Shown: one piece after another, positions 13,794 to 29,210 of the stretch
Layout: every line of letters begins with the position of its first letter
How positions within the stretch are numbered: the first letter of the stretch is position 1
Assembly: GCF_018350175.1 (NCBI RefSeq)
Contig: NC_058368.1
Span: forward strand, 157,978,001-158,042,000
DNA: 64,000 bases
Direction: 5' to 3'
From: Felis catus
Taxonomy: Eukaryota
Notes under the pieces: generated by a model
Database searches by the model: none
Told to the model about the DNA's origin: nothing
What the model saw: only the letters and a program-made list of their open reading frames with translations
Translations under genes and position numbers: made by a program

Positions 13794-16540
13794 TTAATAT
13801 TCATTTTATAAAAGACTCGCAAAAGAGTTTAAAAGAAGGTAACCACTGCATGTCTCAGGTGCCCATGACCAGGCTACTATGAGCACAGAAGGAAGATACA
13901 AGTCACAGTGTCCATAAACTTTGTTATCTTCCCTTTGGAAATAACTATATGCACTAAGCAGTGGCCATGATTGTTATGGGTTACAAAATACCTCCCCTCC
14001 ATTCACTACCTCAATAACCTGAAAATGACAGTATAGTTTTCAGAAGGAGCCAACAAACAGCCCTACCTTGACATGTCTGTTCATGACTATACCACAAATA
14101 ACTGTTGCCCATCCTGTGCTGTATGAAGGATTTTGTATGGAACACTGTGCAGCTTGAAAAGATCTACCCACAATAGGAAACTAACAAATAGGGAAAGAAC
14201 TCTTGTTTCTAAGCACTGATTAAAAATAACCCAGAGGCCATTCTTTTATATGTTTGCTAAGAAATATTTTCAAGGAACATGCTTCTTTTTTTTCTAAATA
14301 ATCTCAAGGATGAAATCATTGCCATGGATTTTGCTCCTAAGGGGGAATCATTTTTCATCAGGAGAAGGCAGACATGGTAGTTCTTTGTGCTTTCTAACAG
14401 GCTGTCACGCATTATCAGACTCATGTATTCAAGAGCCAGGAAGGCAAAAGCAATTGAGACAAATACGAGCAGCTACCTGGTTATTCCTGGCTTCAGGCTG
14501 ATAATGTAGTTAACTGCACAGCCTTAGATTTGTACCCCATTATTCACTATGGAGCATAGGTAAAAGAATATGTAATTAACATAATTAGCTAAAGTCACAT
14601 TGATTAAAACAAAGTTATTTGAAAATTTATTTTGGAAAAAGAAAAATCCCAGCTGTACTTACTAGCTTTGTGATCTTGTGCAAGCCACTCAACCTCTTGT
14701 GCCTCAGTTTTTTTTTTTTTTTTCAGTTTTAAAATGGGGATAACAGATAGCAGCTTACATGCATTGAGGATGTACTATACGCAGCTAACATTCTACAGGC
14801 CTTGAACATATGGACTCTCTTCTATCCTTTTGACAACCATTTAAGGTAGATGCTATAATTTTCCCAATTTTATAGGTGGACTGTAAGAGGCACAATGGCT
14901 TGCTCAGGATCATACAACTTGATATTGGGGAGCTGAGACCTGAATCCCAGAAATTTGACACCTAAAATCAACCTGTTAACTAACAGAATACACAACCTAC
15001 AATGTATTATAGGATCAGTGATGGACATACAGTAAGTCCCTAATAAATGAAAAGTATTATTAAAAAATGCATTTGGGACTAGATCACCAAAGGGTGGAAT
15101 AATGAAAAAAAATCTCAGTAGACTTGCAATCGGAAGTCTTGTGTTTTGGTTCTACACTGCCACAAATAGCTGTTACCTTGAGAAACTTGTTTCTGATTAC
15201 TCCTCAATAAAATGAAGGGATCAGAAAATTCTCTCACAAACTATAGCTAGATAGTACATCATCTTAAAAAATGAATTCTGTCTCTAAGTGATTACCTAAT
15301 TTGTGCCCCTGTCTTCATTTTCTTTAAATTAACATGGCACTTAAAAAGGAAAAAAAAATCCCATGGCATTTGACTATGCTAGTATCAAAGAAATCAGGAA
15401 TGACGCAAAGTTTAATAGTATGCTGTATTAGTAATTCATTATCCATGCCAGGATGTGTATTTATTTGATTTCTAAACAGGAAATCATAATCAAATTCAAG
15501 GCATCCTCAGGTCGAGTTTAAAGCAGTTTTACTATCATTGGCATGTTCTACAGTTGATCATTTTTTTATAGCAGTTTTAGAAAACAAACTAAATTCAAAG
15601 TTTGTAACCTGCGAAAGACCAAGGTAAGGACAGTGAAAAGAGGAGAGAGAATGTGAGCCAGTGTAGGTCTACTGTCCACCCTTCTTCACAGGGATATGGA
15701 CCTCACCAATGAGTTCTCTTGCCTTCTCACTGGGTTCAACCAACAGGCAGGAGAATGGGGGGTGGGAAGAGAATGGGCGACTCATTCCCTGGGACACTCC
15801 TTGCCTAGAAGAAGCTCTGTTGTAACTCAGGGCTACAGCTCCTGTACAGTGGTTCTCTCCTATGGCCACAGCTTTCTCTCTACAGTTGCCACTGACCTCT
15901 CCTTTCCCATGCTCCTTTAGGCCCAAAGGTCATCACATCTGCTCTCATTTATTAGCCCTTGTTGGCTTCCCTTATCTCTTTTTTTTCAAGTTTTTATTTT
16001 AATTCCTATTAGTTATATTGTATATTATAATATACACAATATAATATAATGTATATTGTAATATACAATATATTATTGTATATTAAGTGTATAATATAAT
16101 AATGGCTTCCTTTAAGTCTTACAAATAATTCCTTTATTAAACTGTCCCGATGGAACTTACTGTATATTTCCCAATAGAGGCACTGACTGAAACAGCTAGG
16201 GACTCTAAATCCGTGCTGTCAAAGATAACCTTTGGCTTCTTCATATAACAAGCACGTATTCATTTATTTTTTTAAGACTGTTATTTGCTATGAAATGAAG
16301 AACTACAGAATTGAGAGGCAGGGAAAGTCTTTTCCTAAATTTACCTCCTCCTTCTGTTCCTTTAGCAAGTACTCAATAACAAACCCTTGTAAATTAGCAC
16401 ACAGAGAAAATTAGATTTGGTTCAAAAGCTTTTCAACATTTCCATTTTTCTCCCCACAAAGATGTACAGGCTGTATTCGGCTATCATTTTTTAGGAATCC
16501 AGATCCATTGATTTGTTTGCAAATCCTGCAGCACATTCTA

Positions 16541-16822
<282 letters not shown>

Positions 16823-17900
16823 TCATATTAACTTTATTGTCAACCTTTGTTGCTGGTCTCCTTCCCATCAGTATTTGTTGAAGTGCAGGTATCAGATGAA
16901 AGGGTACTGGAGTTGAAGTATGTGATTCAAATTCCAGCTTCTGCCACTGACTAGTGGTGTGACCTTAGGAAAGTCATTTGTCCTCAAGAGTATTGTTGCA
17001 AACATGTGAGATATTGCATGTATAGCACTTAGAATAGTGGCTGGTATAATATAAGAATTCAGGAAGTGTTAGCTATGGATACTATCGTGAGCAATTCTGA
17101 CACTTTTAGAAATCATGGTTTCTATTCCATACTTTTTGGTGAAGTAGCTCCTCACTCCATCCCTAGTGACCTCCTTGGATTAGATTATTCTGACCAGTCC
17201 TAGTAGGGTAAGTAGAACAGAATTCTCCTCTTAAGCCCTCTTCCCTTCCTCTAACCATATACTACCAAACTAAAGCAACTGAGGGTTTTCTGGTACCAAG
17301 AGGAGTTTGAGATTTTAATAGGACACTCCAGGCTAATTGGGAAGCCAGGGTTCTCCTGTAACTCTGATTGGGGCTGGAAGCCTGAAGAAGACTGGTTTTG
17401 TAATCAGGCAAAGAGGGAAATTTATGATTTCAGAGTAGTTGGAGGGAAATGTCAATCTCTAAAACAGAGCAGATTCTAGCATTAAAACATCAATTCTGAA
17501 AATGTGGGGATAATAATCGTCCTTTCCCACCATGACCCTGACCTCAGGAGGGTCAATAAGTCAAGAGAACTTTAATGTGAATTTATTTCACGACGTTACT
17601 GCATTTTGGAAGCAGTGTAAAGGCTGTTGATACTTTGGAGGAGCTAACAGAAAAGAGGGGAAAAGTTAGCTCTGAGCAACTCTGTCAACCAGCTACTTTT
17701 AGACACTATTATAGTAGACATCTATTTTGCTCAGCATGGAATATAAAAATTTGAAATTGACTATCCAAAATAATTCTCTTTCATGTATCTTTTATTCTAA
17801 AGTACCAAAGATCATTTCTTGGTCTCCTTTTACTAAATGATATTTCTGCTTCTTCATGTTAATACTGGATAGGAATCCTAAGTCAGAACAATATAATTAT

Positions 17901-18122
17901 CTTTTTTTTTTAACTTTTATTTATTTTTGAGACAGAGAGAGACAGAATGTGAGGTGGGAAGGCGCAGAGAGAGGGAGACGAGAGGGAGACACTGAATATA
18001 AAGCAAGCTCTAGGCTCTGAGCTGTCAGCACAGAGCCCAACTTGGGGCTCAAACTCACAAACTGTGAAATCATGACCTGAGCCAAAGTCCCACACTTAAC
18101 TGACTGAGCCACCCGGTGCCCC
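17901..18122 (-). mobile_element. SINEC
   Basis: Ends GAGCCACCCGGTGCCCC on +; degenerate TSD TATAATTATCTTT / TGTAGTTATCTTT. Confidence 0.92.
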
Positions 18123-18139
18123 TGTAGTTATCTTTAATT

Positions 18140-18582
18140 CGAGGTCTTTCCTAATGTAGCAGATATCTGCCACTTTTTTTTTTTCCTAGCATTTTGTCCT
18201 TTTTGGGAAGGAGCTCTCCCTCACTCCTTTTGATTCTCTCATGAGGCTCCTCTTCCCAGACAGCTTTCAAGGATTGTTGTACATTCCAGGGAAGAGAATT
18301 CTAGTCTTTCTCTAAATTCTTCAGCTTTAAGTTCCATGTGAGCCATGTGGAGCTTGCCGCCAGGCAAGATTTCTTTTACTTTTTGAGAATGAAGCTAATT
18401 GGAGGCAAGAGACTAAGAGATAGAGACAGTGATTCAAGTCCTGACAGCATATTATTTGAGCTCCCAGATCTTGGAATGCCTGAAGCTAGACCATCCCTTG
18501 AGTAATTTTTTTTAAATGCCCATTTTACTTAATCTTTGAGTTAAGATTCCCTCACTTGCAACTGAAAGTGTCCTGACCAACC
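18140..18582 (+). mobile_element. MLT1-type (MaLR) LTR relic
   Basis: ...ATGCCTGAAGCTAGA...CACTTGCAACTGAAAGTGTCCTGAC resembles MLT1 3' ends as recalled; boundaries approximate. Confidence 0.55.
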
Positions 18583-19769
18583 ACCCATGCTCTGAGAAAT
18601 GTGTGCACACTGAACATATAAAAGGAAGCTTATGCTTTGATGGATTAACCCTCTTTGCTTTTGTAGGAGGAGAAACTGAGTTGTCACCTTCTGACAAGTG
18701 TGTTCCTAGAAGTCCACCACCTGTGTTTCCATTTACACAGAATGGGAACTAAGGCCAGGATAGCAAAGTCTCTCGCCTGAGCCAATAGAATCCAATTGTT
18801 GGCAAACATTCCCAGCACAGCACCTCTGTCCTAAAAATGATAAACTGTGACACCACCTATTATTTCTCTCTCCTTGTGTACTGAACATTATTTTCTTGAA
18901 AGGTCCAGTAGGATCATGGTACAAAAAAGGGTAGATGTTTTTCCCTCCTCTTGCCCTCACTTCCCACCTCCACACTTTTAGAAAAAGGGAAGGCTTTATC
19001 AAAGTGGTACTATGTCATTCTTTGTAGACCTGCAGCTTTTTTTCTTTCCTTAAATTAGGCTCTGAGATAAAAGAACCCTTTATTATCTTAGAACAATGGT
19101 AGTAACTGGCATTTAAACAAATTGATTTTTAAAAAATTATTCCACAAGATAGTTTAAAGACTAATATTATACTGGTTAAAACATCCTTGTCACACATGTT
19201 ATTTAACTAGAAAAATAATCTGTAATTGGTATTGAAATTTGAATATAGATTCATGGCAGCTTAATAGTAAGAGTTACCTGTACTTTTGGGATTTTATTAT
19301 TTAGTGATTCCTCTTTTGATTTGCAGAGGAGAATTCAAATGCAGCTTCTATTAATCTCATTTACATAGTAATAAAGGAGAGCAGCAACACAGATAGTTTA
19401 GAGAGATAATGCCCTTGGAATTGGGAGATAATAGGTCTCTAAATGCTATAAAGTCCAAGGCAAAATGGAGCCATTCATTTTCTAAACCTAAGGGATTTAT
19501 TTCTGACAACATGCTAGAAGGGTAACTCTATTTTTTATTATACCTCTTGATAAATGATAGGGATGCTACCTTTTTGGTTGATAGTCAAGAGGACCCTGAG
19601 AGATAGTTACTTATTGTGTCATTTTCAAAGAGCAGATCCTGAATTGGCTCAGAAAATTGACTTGTCTCTGCTTCTGCTCCTGTTGGATATTATTCTTGTC
19701 ATGCTGATGTCTTACTGGAAGGGGGTCTTAGTTTCTAAATGAGAAAACTTCATCGTCATCATCATCAAC

Positions 19770-20010
19770 AAAACAAACACAACTTTTTCTATGTACCAGA
19801 TATTATACAAGCCAATTACCTATATAAACCCATTTAAACACCATAATAACCCAACAAAGTAGATACTATTATTATCCCTTTTTAATAGATGATAAAACTG
19901 AGGCACAAAAGAAGTTAAGTAATTTGTTCAAGACCATCCAACTACTAAGTGGCAGATCTAATATTTAATCTAAATCCAGCTGCAAAGCCTATGCTCTTAA
20001 CTGTTTGGCT
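19770..20010 (-). mobile_element. MIR
   Basis: TATTATCCCTTTTTAATAGATGATAAAACTGAGGCACA...AAGTAATTTGTTCAAG core. Confidence 0.7.
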
Positions 20011-22187
20011 ATGTCACACTAACTCTATGCTGAGTGGGAGGTCCATGGCAGGCTATGCTCTAGAAACTCACGGGTTTTTAGGCGTAAAATAATTACTATC
20101 ATATGGGCAACTTCTTTGAAGGCTTTGGACCTCCGTGAATTAGGGGAAATGTGGCTATTATAAATGCTGGATATGAGACTCCTCCTTTGTAGGGGAGGGG
20201 AAAAGGCAATCTGAGTCCCTCTTCTCATGAGTAGAGAAACTCTAGAGAATATCATTTCACCAAGTATTCAGCTATCATGCAGCCACTACACAATTTATCA
20301 TCCATATTGGATCATGGGGCCAGACCTAAAGTATGCTGCCTAGGAAGAAGGCTGACACTTCCAGCTAACAGTCTCCTCAGCTGCACCCATATGGCTGAGA
20401 GAAGATTTCTCTTTTGGTCTTGACCAAGGGGGTGGAAGGAGAGTTGTCATTTTTACTTCATTCTAAGAAGGGTGCCCCTTTCTTCCAAGAAGCTATTGTT
20501 CATTTCCTCAGGAAGTTCCTTTCAGGAGAGTGGAGAGCAAGTGCATTATCACCCATTTGGGGAGATAAAAGTGCAAAATAGAGGCAGAGAGAGGTAAGTG
20601 ATTTCCTAAAGGTCACTTTCTATACTGATAATTGGCAAAGCAATGACCACCAGCCAGGCTAATATTACAAGATCATGCTCCAAAAGAGCACATATTTCTC
20701 CTGGCCCTGTACTGTCCTGGCTCAGAAATATAGCTCCAAGTTTGTCTGGGGTCCCTGCCATAAGTTCCTGAGATATCTCACTTTCTTCTGAGGGCACCCA
20801 TTGTGGTTCCTGTTGTATTGAGATGGGAATATTTTAACTTTTCAGCATTATTTGCAGTTAGCGCCTTTAAGAAATAAACCCTGGAAGTAAATGGTACTGA
20901 AAGAAGCAATATCTTGGAACCTTCCCCAAGTTTCCCCTTTTCTCCAAGGAGGAAATATACACCCAGAAGTTGAGGCCAAGTCCATGAGCCTCAGCTCTCT
21001 TCCTGGTGTTTGTTGAACTTCTGGAAAGGGGATCATCCAAAGAAAAACTTTAGATCAACATTACTGCACCAGCCACATAGGAATTTTGAGTGAGAATAAG
21101 AGCTAAAGAAAGAGGGAAAGAGGGAGAAAGAGAGCAAGTGAGAGAGAGCTCAATTGACCCAAGTTGGGTAATAGTCCGAAAGAAAGAAAGCCATACAGAG
21201 AGAAAAAGGAACCACTTTATGTAGCATCTTTCCATCCCATTTGTAGCAACAAGCCCTGATTTTGCCTTGGCTTTGATCTATTTTGGTGCAAGTCTCTTCT
21301 CCGTGGAGCAAATGAAGAAGAAAGTGTGAAAGTTTTCCTGAAGTTATGAAGATAACATGTGCAAAGATGAGTTCTCACATGGCCGTGGACATTTGAGGCC
21401 ACGTGGCTAGAGGGTGTAGTTTCTTTGCAGCTAGGAAAGAAGGTTAGAAAGTCTCCTGGCTCTGGGTTTTATCTGGCCTCTTGCTTTGGCAGGTCTGGCT
21501 CTTGGACTCCCTCATCACATTGTGACTGCTACAGAGAATTATTTTAGGAGTCAGAAGGTAATTGTCTTTCTCTTCCCTTTAGTTTTAGAATCTGCAGCAG
21601 AAACTCTGGGAAAGGTTACTGACTAGTCCAATGCCCCAGAAAACGTGTTGGATTTGAGAGCCAGGCCTCAGAGTGTATTTCTGTTGTCTGATATCTGGCT
21701 TTTGTTGTCTGATACACTTTTCTGAGGGAACTGACGAGCATGGCTGTGGCCACTAAAAGAAGTCATGGGGAATTGTTATCTTTGTCTTCTATTTTTATTT
21801 TCACAACTAACATCAAACATGTTGCAAATAGTAAAGCATTCATTGATGGGGTTAGGGAGGGTAGGCTGGAGGATTTTACTCTTTATGACCCAAACATTCT
21901 TTCTAAACCCATAACTATTCAGTGCCATTTGAGGGGAGCATTTTGCAACATAAGAAGAAAGTTTAATTGAACTATGGTCCTGTAAGCCAAAAGAAATATA
22001 AAAATAGAAGCATTGGTTTCTGTTTTAAAAGGAATAAAATATTATGATATGGATTGGTATGCATGAAAACTTTTCTGAGAGCTGAAATATGGTTCATATT
22101 TATTGTATAATTTTCTCAAATGAGATAAAAGCATTTTAAAGTACTTTTTCCCCCCTCTACCCCCCCCCCCCATCCACATTTACTCAC

Positions 22188-22264
22188 TTGTTCTCATTTG
22201 TGGGATCATAACGGGGAAATGGATCATGGTCATTATCATTAAAATCATAGCTAGCCTCTGGATC
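22188..22264 (-). CDS. PCSK1: PCSK1 coding exon 5
   Basis: DPEASYDFNDNDHDPFPRYDPTNEN(K); TAG acceptor, GTGAG donor; 77 nt, ends in phase 2. Confidence 0.97.
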
Positions 22265-23523
22265 CTAAAGAGAATAAAAAATAATCCTGTAGCATCATTA
22301 AAAAAAGTTAACACCTCCCAAGCCCTCTACCCCTTCCATTCTGGCTGATAGCTCAAATTCTGCATTTCAGAATTTCTGACCCAGTTTCTGATCATTCATT
22401 ATACCCATAAACTAGGCAGAGATGATATACACAGAAGAGTGAGCAAGCATACAATTAGCACTGAATGTCACCAAACCTGTAGCTCATTAAGCTCATAGTA
22501 TATTACAACCGGAAGGAATCAGAGTTAACTTATTTCAACTGCCTCATTTTTTAAGTGAGAACACTGAGACCCAGAGAAGTTGAATGACAACTAAGCTATA
22601 GAGCTAGTTAGCAACACTTGGATACTCATCTTTCTTATGATTACAGGTACAAATAGGTGACCGTGGGGTGGAGCTCAGGTCCACAGTGATCTCTTCAGCC
22701 TTCCCAATTACACTAAGCATCTAACTTAAATAAAGTGTGCTTGAAATTTAAGACATGCTTCTAGGTCCCACCTCCTTTTCCAATCAGATTGCTACACTTA
22801 AACACCTCCCATATAGGAATTCTACTACCACTATAGCCTCTTCTCTACACTTTCCATATATTTTAATAATTCCTACTTTCTACTAATCTTTTTCTTCCTT
22901 TCTTTTCCTTTAATTTTCCTTTGCTCTTTAGCTGGAGAATTTTGAATGAATGGAAAGGGTGAGAGAAACACATGGGACAATTTTAAAGATGAAACACTGA
23001 TCTAAAGACCTAAGATATCACTTAGAACTTAACAATTAAGTAAATAGTTTTCATTTACTTATTTTCCATTTAAGATAAACTTTTCTCTTCTCTGAGAGCC
23101 ATTTTTGCATTATTTGAATTTGCATGGAAGGAATCACATTCACATAATTGTACAATGTTAGAGATATTCACCTATAAAGGATGTGAGTGAGGAAGAAGAC
23201 TGTGAAAAATGATCTAAGGCATTATTCTTTATTTGATTGCTTTAGTGCCCTAGATACTGAGTGATATAGAGTCTGAATGGCTTTTAATAATTTAATTTGT
23301 ATGGGTGCCTTCTCCCTCCCCAGCACACAAGCTTTTGTACAATCCTTGGCTCCACTGAATTCTTTAAGTGCCTACTCATACAAAAAAAAAGTTCATATGT
23401 ACTGGCAGGAGGGTGAGGGAAATAGCAAAACCTTGGCCCATAATTCCTAGGGCCAGTATCCGAGAAGTCTTCCACTTGAGGAAAGGAAAGCCTTAACTAT
23501 GTGTCTGTGTAGATAGCTCCCTA

Positions 23524-23730
<207 letters not shown>

Positions 23731-24616
23731 TCATGATTTGCTTACTGCAAAATGAAAACTGAAGCTAGTCTGAAGACCCATCTTTCTTTTTCCTAGGGTC
23801 ACTCTACTTTTAGAAAGAATGCAATTAGGTGAAATAAAAAAATAAAGTTGATGGTAGGGCAAGTGAATCATAAGAGTGCTGTTCTTTTCCCAATTGTTCT
23901 AATGGAAAAATCATTCGAAAGGATGAATCACCCTGTGCCCCTTCTCACTGAGATACATGGCTTCTAAGAAGTTGATCCCTAAGTTTCATTCATTTATAAT
24001 GATATGCTCAGGTCTTTTATCTACCAAAGTTTTATGTGATGTCCCATATTTCCATCTCTCCCCAAATCCTGAGCTTCCCTTGCCACACTGAACCTACTTT
24101 ACATTGTTTGGTTGACAGTTATTCATGGATGTTTTAATAACTTTTCGGAAAGAAAAAGCAGAACCTGGAATGCCCAGGAGGCTGCTGTCTCACCAGGACT
24201 TGCAATTTAATTGCCTCTTTCCAAGTATGAGTGATTTAGAGGGTAAGTATCTATGAGAGGTGATGTGGAGTTTTCTTTTTTCAGATAAATTTTCTGATAG
24301 TTACAGTGTATGGGACTATAAGGGAGAACAGCTGGACAGCAAGGGAATAGAGATATGAGCTTGGGAAAGCATATAAGGGAAATGTTTTAGAAAAGTGCCA
24401 GGTTTCTGGTGAAGGGGACAGTAAAAAATTTATAAATAATAACAGTCAAAAAATGTCTGAATGAATTGTGCCCTAGCTGATGCTCCTCAGAAAGAAGTAG
24501 GGGAAAACTCTTACTAGGCCAATACAAAGCTGAATCACAGGAGGTTGGAACTACAGATAGATTTTTGGACAAAGCCAGAGAAGAAGACCTCTGTGTCAAT
24601 TGCAAGAACAATCATA

Positions 24617-24840
24617 CGGTGTGGTCATTAAGAGTATGGCCTCTGGAGCCTTGAATTATGGCCCCACCACTGGTAACCATATGATTTTGGCATTACTCAA
24701 CTTGCCCTTGTCTCTGTTTCTTCATCTGCTAAATGGGTATAAGCATCGTATCTACAATATAATGTGAGAATTAAAGGAGTTAATTCATGTCAAACACTTA
24801 GGATAGTATTTGGCATAGTCAATACACAAATGTTAATGAG
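24617..24840 (+). mobile_element. MIR
   Basis: GGCCTCTGGAGCC...CTGTTTCTTCATCTGCTAAATGGG...GTGAGAATTAAA core. Confidence 0.65.
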
Positions 24841-25626
24841 TTTCTTTCACTGCAATGAGCGAGTACTACCCAGGTTAAGAGAATGTCAAGAAGAATTGAT
24901 CCCTTCTCCCATCTTTTATGCAAAAAGGATGTGTAACCTTAGCTTATGGTTGTCATGAAAACTTATATTTTATAATACTCTCAACAAAAGAACACTTCTA
25001 TCAATATGTATGACTGCCGTAGAGTCTTAATATTAAAACAGAAGGGAGAATATTCTGCAGGTAAGAAAGAACACTTAAAATTTCTCTACTCAACACTCAC
25101 ATACCAATGAAGATTTGGTATCTTAAAAGCAAAACAGTTTATAAGTCTATACATCTGCATGTAGATGTCTTTTGTCTCCTTGTATTCTTTCCTTTAGCTT
25201 AGCTCAGAAATTCTCACTTGTTAGCATGTAAGAATTGCCACTCAGGACCATATATAATGAATCATGTTCATTCTACCTTTTGGATGATTTAAAGGTTCTC
25301 AAGAGTAACTGACCAAATGTGATTTTTGCCACAATTACTGTTTTTGAACCCTTAACTTGCAAGACACAATGCTGCATTTACTCCAGATAAGCTTAAGAGA
25401 AGAAAGTAGCAACCTTTCTTCTCTTTCATAGCAGCTTTCAAAGATCATAGCTTTTATAGCAGCTAAATATCTGTGTTTCAGACACTTTCACCTAGTAAAA
25501 CGGGAGATCCAGATGATGGAAGCTCCCATCAGCCCTAATTTCCAGGTAACATAGCCTTCTGATGAATTCCCCATCATTAAAAAAATCTATTGTGCAGATT
25601 TAATAAAATAAGTATCCCAGGTCCTA

Positions 25627-25761
<135 letters not shown>

Positions 25762-28700
25762 CTACAAGGAGTTAAAATAAATATTCATAGCAAGAAAATC
25801 AGCACCCAGATACCCACCTTTGTGTAACCATCTTCCCTTTAACTAGTTACAGTACCCTCCCCATCAGAGGTGAGGCAGCTCTAAAATGTTTTCATTTGAC
25901 TACAGATAACACTGGCAGCTCAGTGAGAAGACGGGATTGCCCACTGGGCAGTAGGAGATGAACATTTCCTCTATTACAGTAAACTGTACCTTTAGGGGGA
26001 GGAGAAGGAGTCAGTGAAGTGATGATTCCCTCAAATTATTTACGCTGTGATTCCAGTGGAAGTAAAAGTTCAGACTGCTTTCATCAGCAAATGGACCATA
26101 ATACCCATTTTTTATTGAGGTCTCAGAGTTTTGTAGCTGAAAATTTGTCCATTTTCATGGAATGAGTCAACAGGCTAAGAGATTCCAGCGACTGCTGTTA
26201 AGGTGCTCTTACAGCTTAATTTCTCTTTCTTTACATGCAAAAGGTAGAAGTTGCAAATGTTATGCATGACAAGAAGGGTGCTTTGTCTTTGCAAATCTGA
26301 AACTCTGGCTCCCCTGTGCTTCTGCCTCCTGCTTAAGAGTATTTAATATGAGAAACAGATCCAGGGTGATGAATGAGTACTACTGACCATGCACACTTAC
26401 CATTAATTTAGTCTCATGTATTATGCATAGAGATTTGACAATACAAAAATTACCTTTCCCACATTTATGGCATAATCCTGTTATACTTGAGACCCTGAGG
26501 GAGAGGGACTGCCTTATGGTTATATTCATTATGAAGTAATACCATGCTCTTATTTCGCTGGGCAACATGACTGTTTCCTACCCAAAACATTCTCTCTGTC
26601 ATACACGTGATGATAGTCCAGTGTCTGGTGGGATGTTTTTAATGTGAGAACAATCTGACACGAGTCAGAATCAAAAATAAAAACTAAACCATAATTTGCA
26701 GCTAAAGAATAAAACTATCCACTAAGACTGTCCTGAATTTGTAATTAGAAAAATCTACTGCAAACCTATAATAAATATTGGGAGGTACTTGAAAGCTAGA
26801 AATTAGTCACTGTGATTTATTTTTAAAGAGTCTGTATGTTCAAGCTTAATTGTTTTGGTTTAAAATACCTCAATGCTTGGAATATACTGCCTGTCATCTG
26901 AGTTGGTCTTTGGAAGCTGGCTGCTAGGGAACAAGTACTAGTCTTTGATGAAGAGAGTCACTTACAGTTGGAAATTTCATTAAAAGACTTGTAAGGATAG
27001 CCTATTGCTGCATTACAGAGGGCTAATTTGAAAGAATATTATCCTCCATCAAAAAGAAGGCAATAAAATGAAAATCAAAAGCAATTTTTTTAAAAAAATG
27101 GAATATAAGAAGAGGTACTCTGCCATCTGATCAGATAAACATCCAATTGTTGGAAACAGTGTTATGATTAATGTCATTAACTCCAAATCCCATATTAATC
27201 TCTGTAAAAACAGCACAAATGGAATAGAAGAAATTGGTGGTGTCTTTCTATTATGTACATAATAGGTAGCATGTACTTAATTATAAATAATCCTTTTGAT
27301 ATGGGAAGAGCATTAAAGATCATCTAGTCCAACTTTCCACTACTGGCTTCTATGGGTTCTAGGATTTTTCCTAAAATAAAGTTATTCTGTGGATAATTTT
27401 TCATAATATTATATATACTCCCTTTTTTATGAAGTTATATTGCAGACTAAATTCTTAGCTTTTCTTCATTATTCCTGAGATATTCCCCTCCAAATCAACT
27501 ATTAAACAATATCTAAATAGCCCAATAGAATTGGGCTATCTGTTCACTTTAGTGAGACACTTGCAGTAATAATAACAGGTATGCTCCACTCTGTCCAATT
27601 TTCTTCTGTGAATATGAGAAGGGAGTTAGTTTGACTTCTTGTGCATTAATGTCAGGCATGCATTTAGGCAGACAAGGAAATCTCTTTCTTGCTATGCCCA
27701 AGGACTAAGCTTAGCCAGAGTCTTGGAAGTTGTCCTACTTTACAGAGCCCATACAATGAGTCATCTGCTCTGGGATGGCAAAAGGAAGACTTCACTGGAC
27801 AAGAACCCTTTCAAGTAATGTTGAGCCTTTGAATTGGTCTCACACATCTAGCCATTAACCTTAGTAAAGGCTAGCCTTAGGTGCATAGGAGCTGTGGGTC
27901 GCTATACAATGTACTCATACAGCATTCTTTGCCCAGGTGTGGTTGCTGGTAACCCAGGCCCAGTCATTCCTTACCCTCATAATTTGTCTTTTTATTCTTC
28001 CTTTTAAAATTCTATCAGTTTCAGAACAAATAAAATAGCAAATTATTTCACAGGGCTTATAAATTCCATGTACTTGCAACAGTTCTATCACCTTTCTGTA
28101 CTTATATTTTCTTTCTAGCAAGTTGAAAGGATGTATTCTATCTCTCATAAAGCTTCTGTAATTCTCTAGAGTGTCCTAGACAACAGATATCATAATAACA
28201 GAAAACAGGCCAGCCAGGTTACATTTCTACCAGTATGGCACATTCTTGAGAAAATGCAACACTGTATGCAAATTTCGATGCTCCTGATATAGTCAACATT
28301 TCTATTGATATGTTTGCTGACCTTGAAAACAGACTTCAAAAATCATTAGGTACATTAGGTATACATTCAAATCATCCTCACACTATTTACCTAGACTCAT
28401 TCTGGACATTTCCTGCTCTTGCCTAATCATTGAATATATATACAAACCAGGATAAAAAGAAATCAAATGCTTTCAGTGAAACAATATAATACTTGTGGAA
28501 ACATTTGGCTCATGAAGGCATGGATTTAAAGTGCCCTCATAAACACTAGTTCTCCATATAATGAAATCAAAGACATGGCAGAATGTGTTTTCAGTTATTC
28601 TGAAATGTTATTAAAATCAACGATCATGTATTACATTTCTTTGGCATCCCCACATTGGATATCAAAGTGCTTGGTACATAATAGGCATATAATAACAGGT

Positions 28701-29075
28701 TGTTAATTGATTGTATTGGCAAACATTTTTATTAGAGCTGCCATCTAATTTTCACCATTCATTTTCATACTCTTAGACTAGATTTGTGAGTTAGTGTTTT
28801 AAACATATTATATATATTAAATGTAATTAAATTGAATACATTAAAATAAATTAAAATTAAATACGATTTAATATATTAATATATCAAATATGTATAGTAC
28901 ATAAATTTTATTTAACTCAGTCTATCCAATCCAGTTTTAATAATGTGCAATCATAACCCTATGGAAACAACAAGAAGCACTACAGATAAATATTTGTGAT
29001 CACAATAAAAAATATTCATATTTGCAAAGTGCTTTTTGCTCTTGTTGGAAATCATTAAACAGGTAAGTCAGGTTA

Positions 29076-29210
<135 letters not shown>

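Noticed and set aside
16010..16100. AT-rich quasi-palindromic stretch (similar at 28800-28910)
   Set aside because: Low-complexity AT sequence with no defined unit; its self-complementarity is expected from composition.
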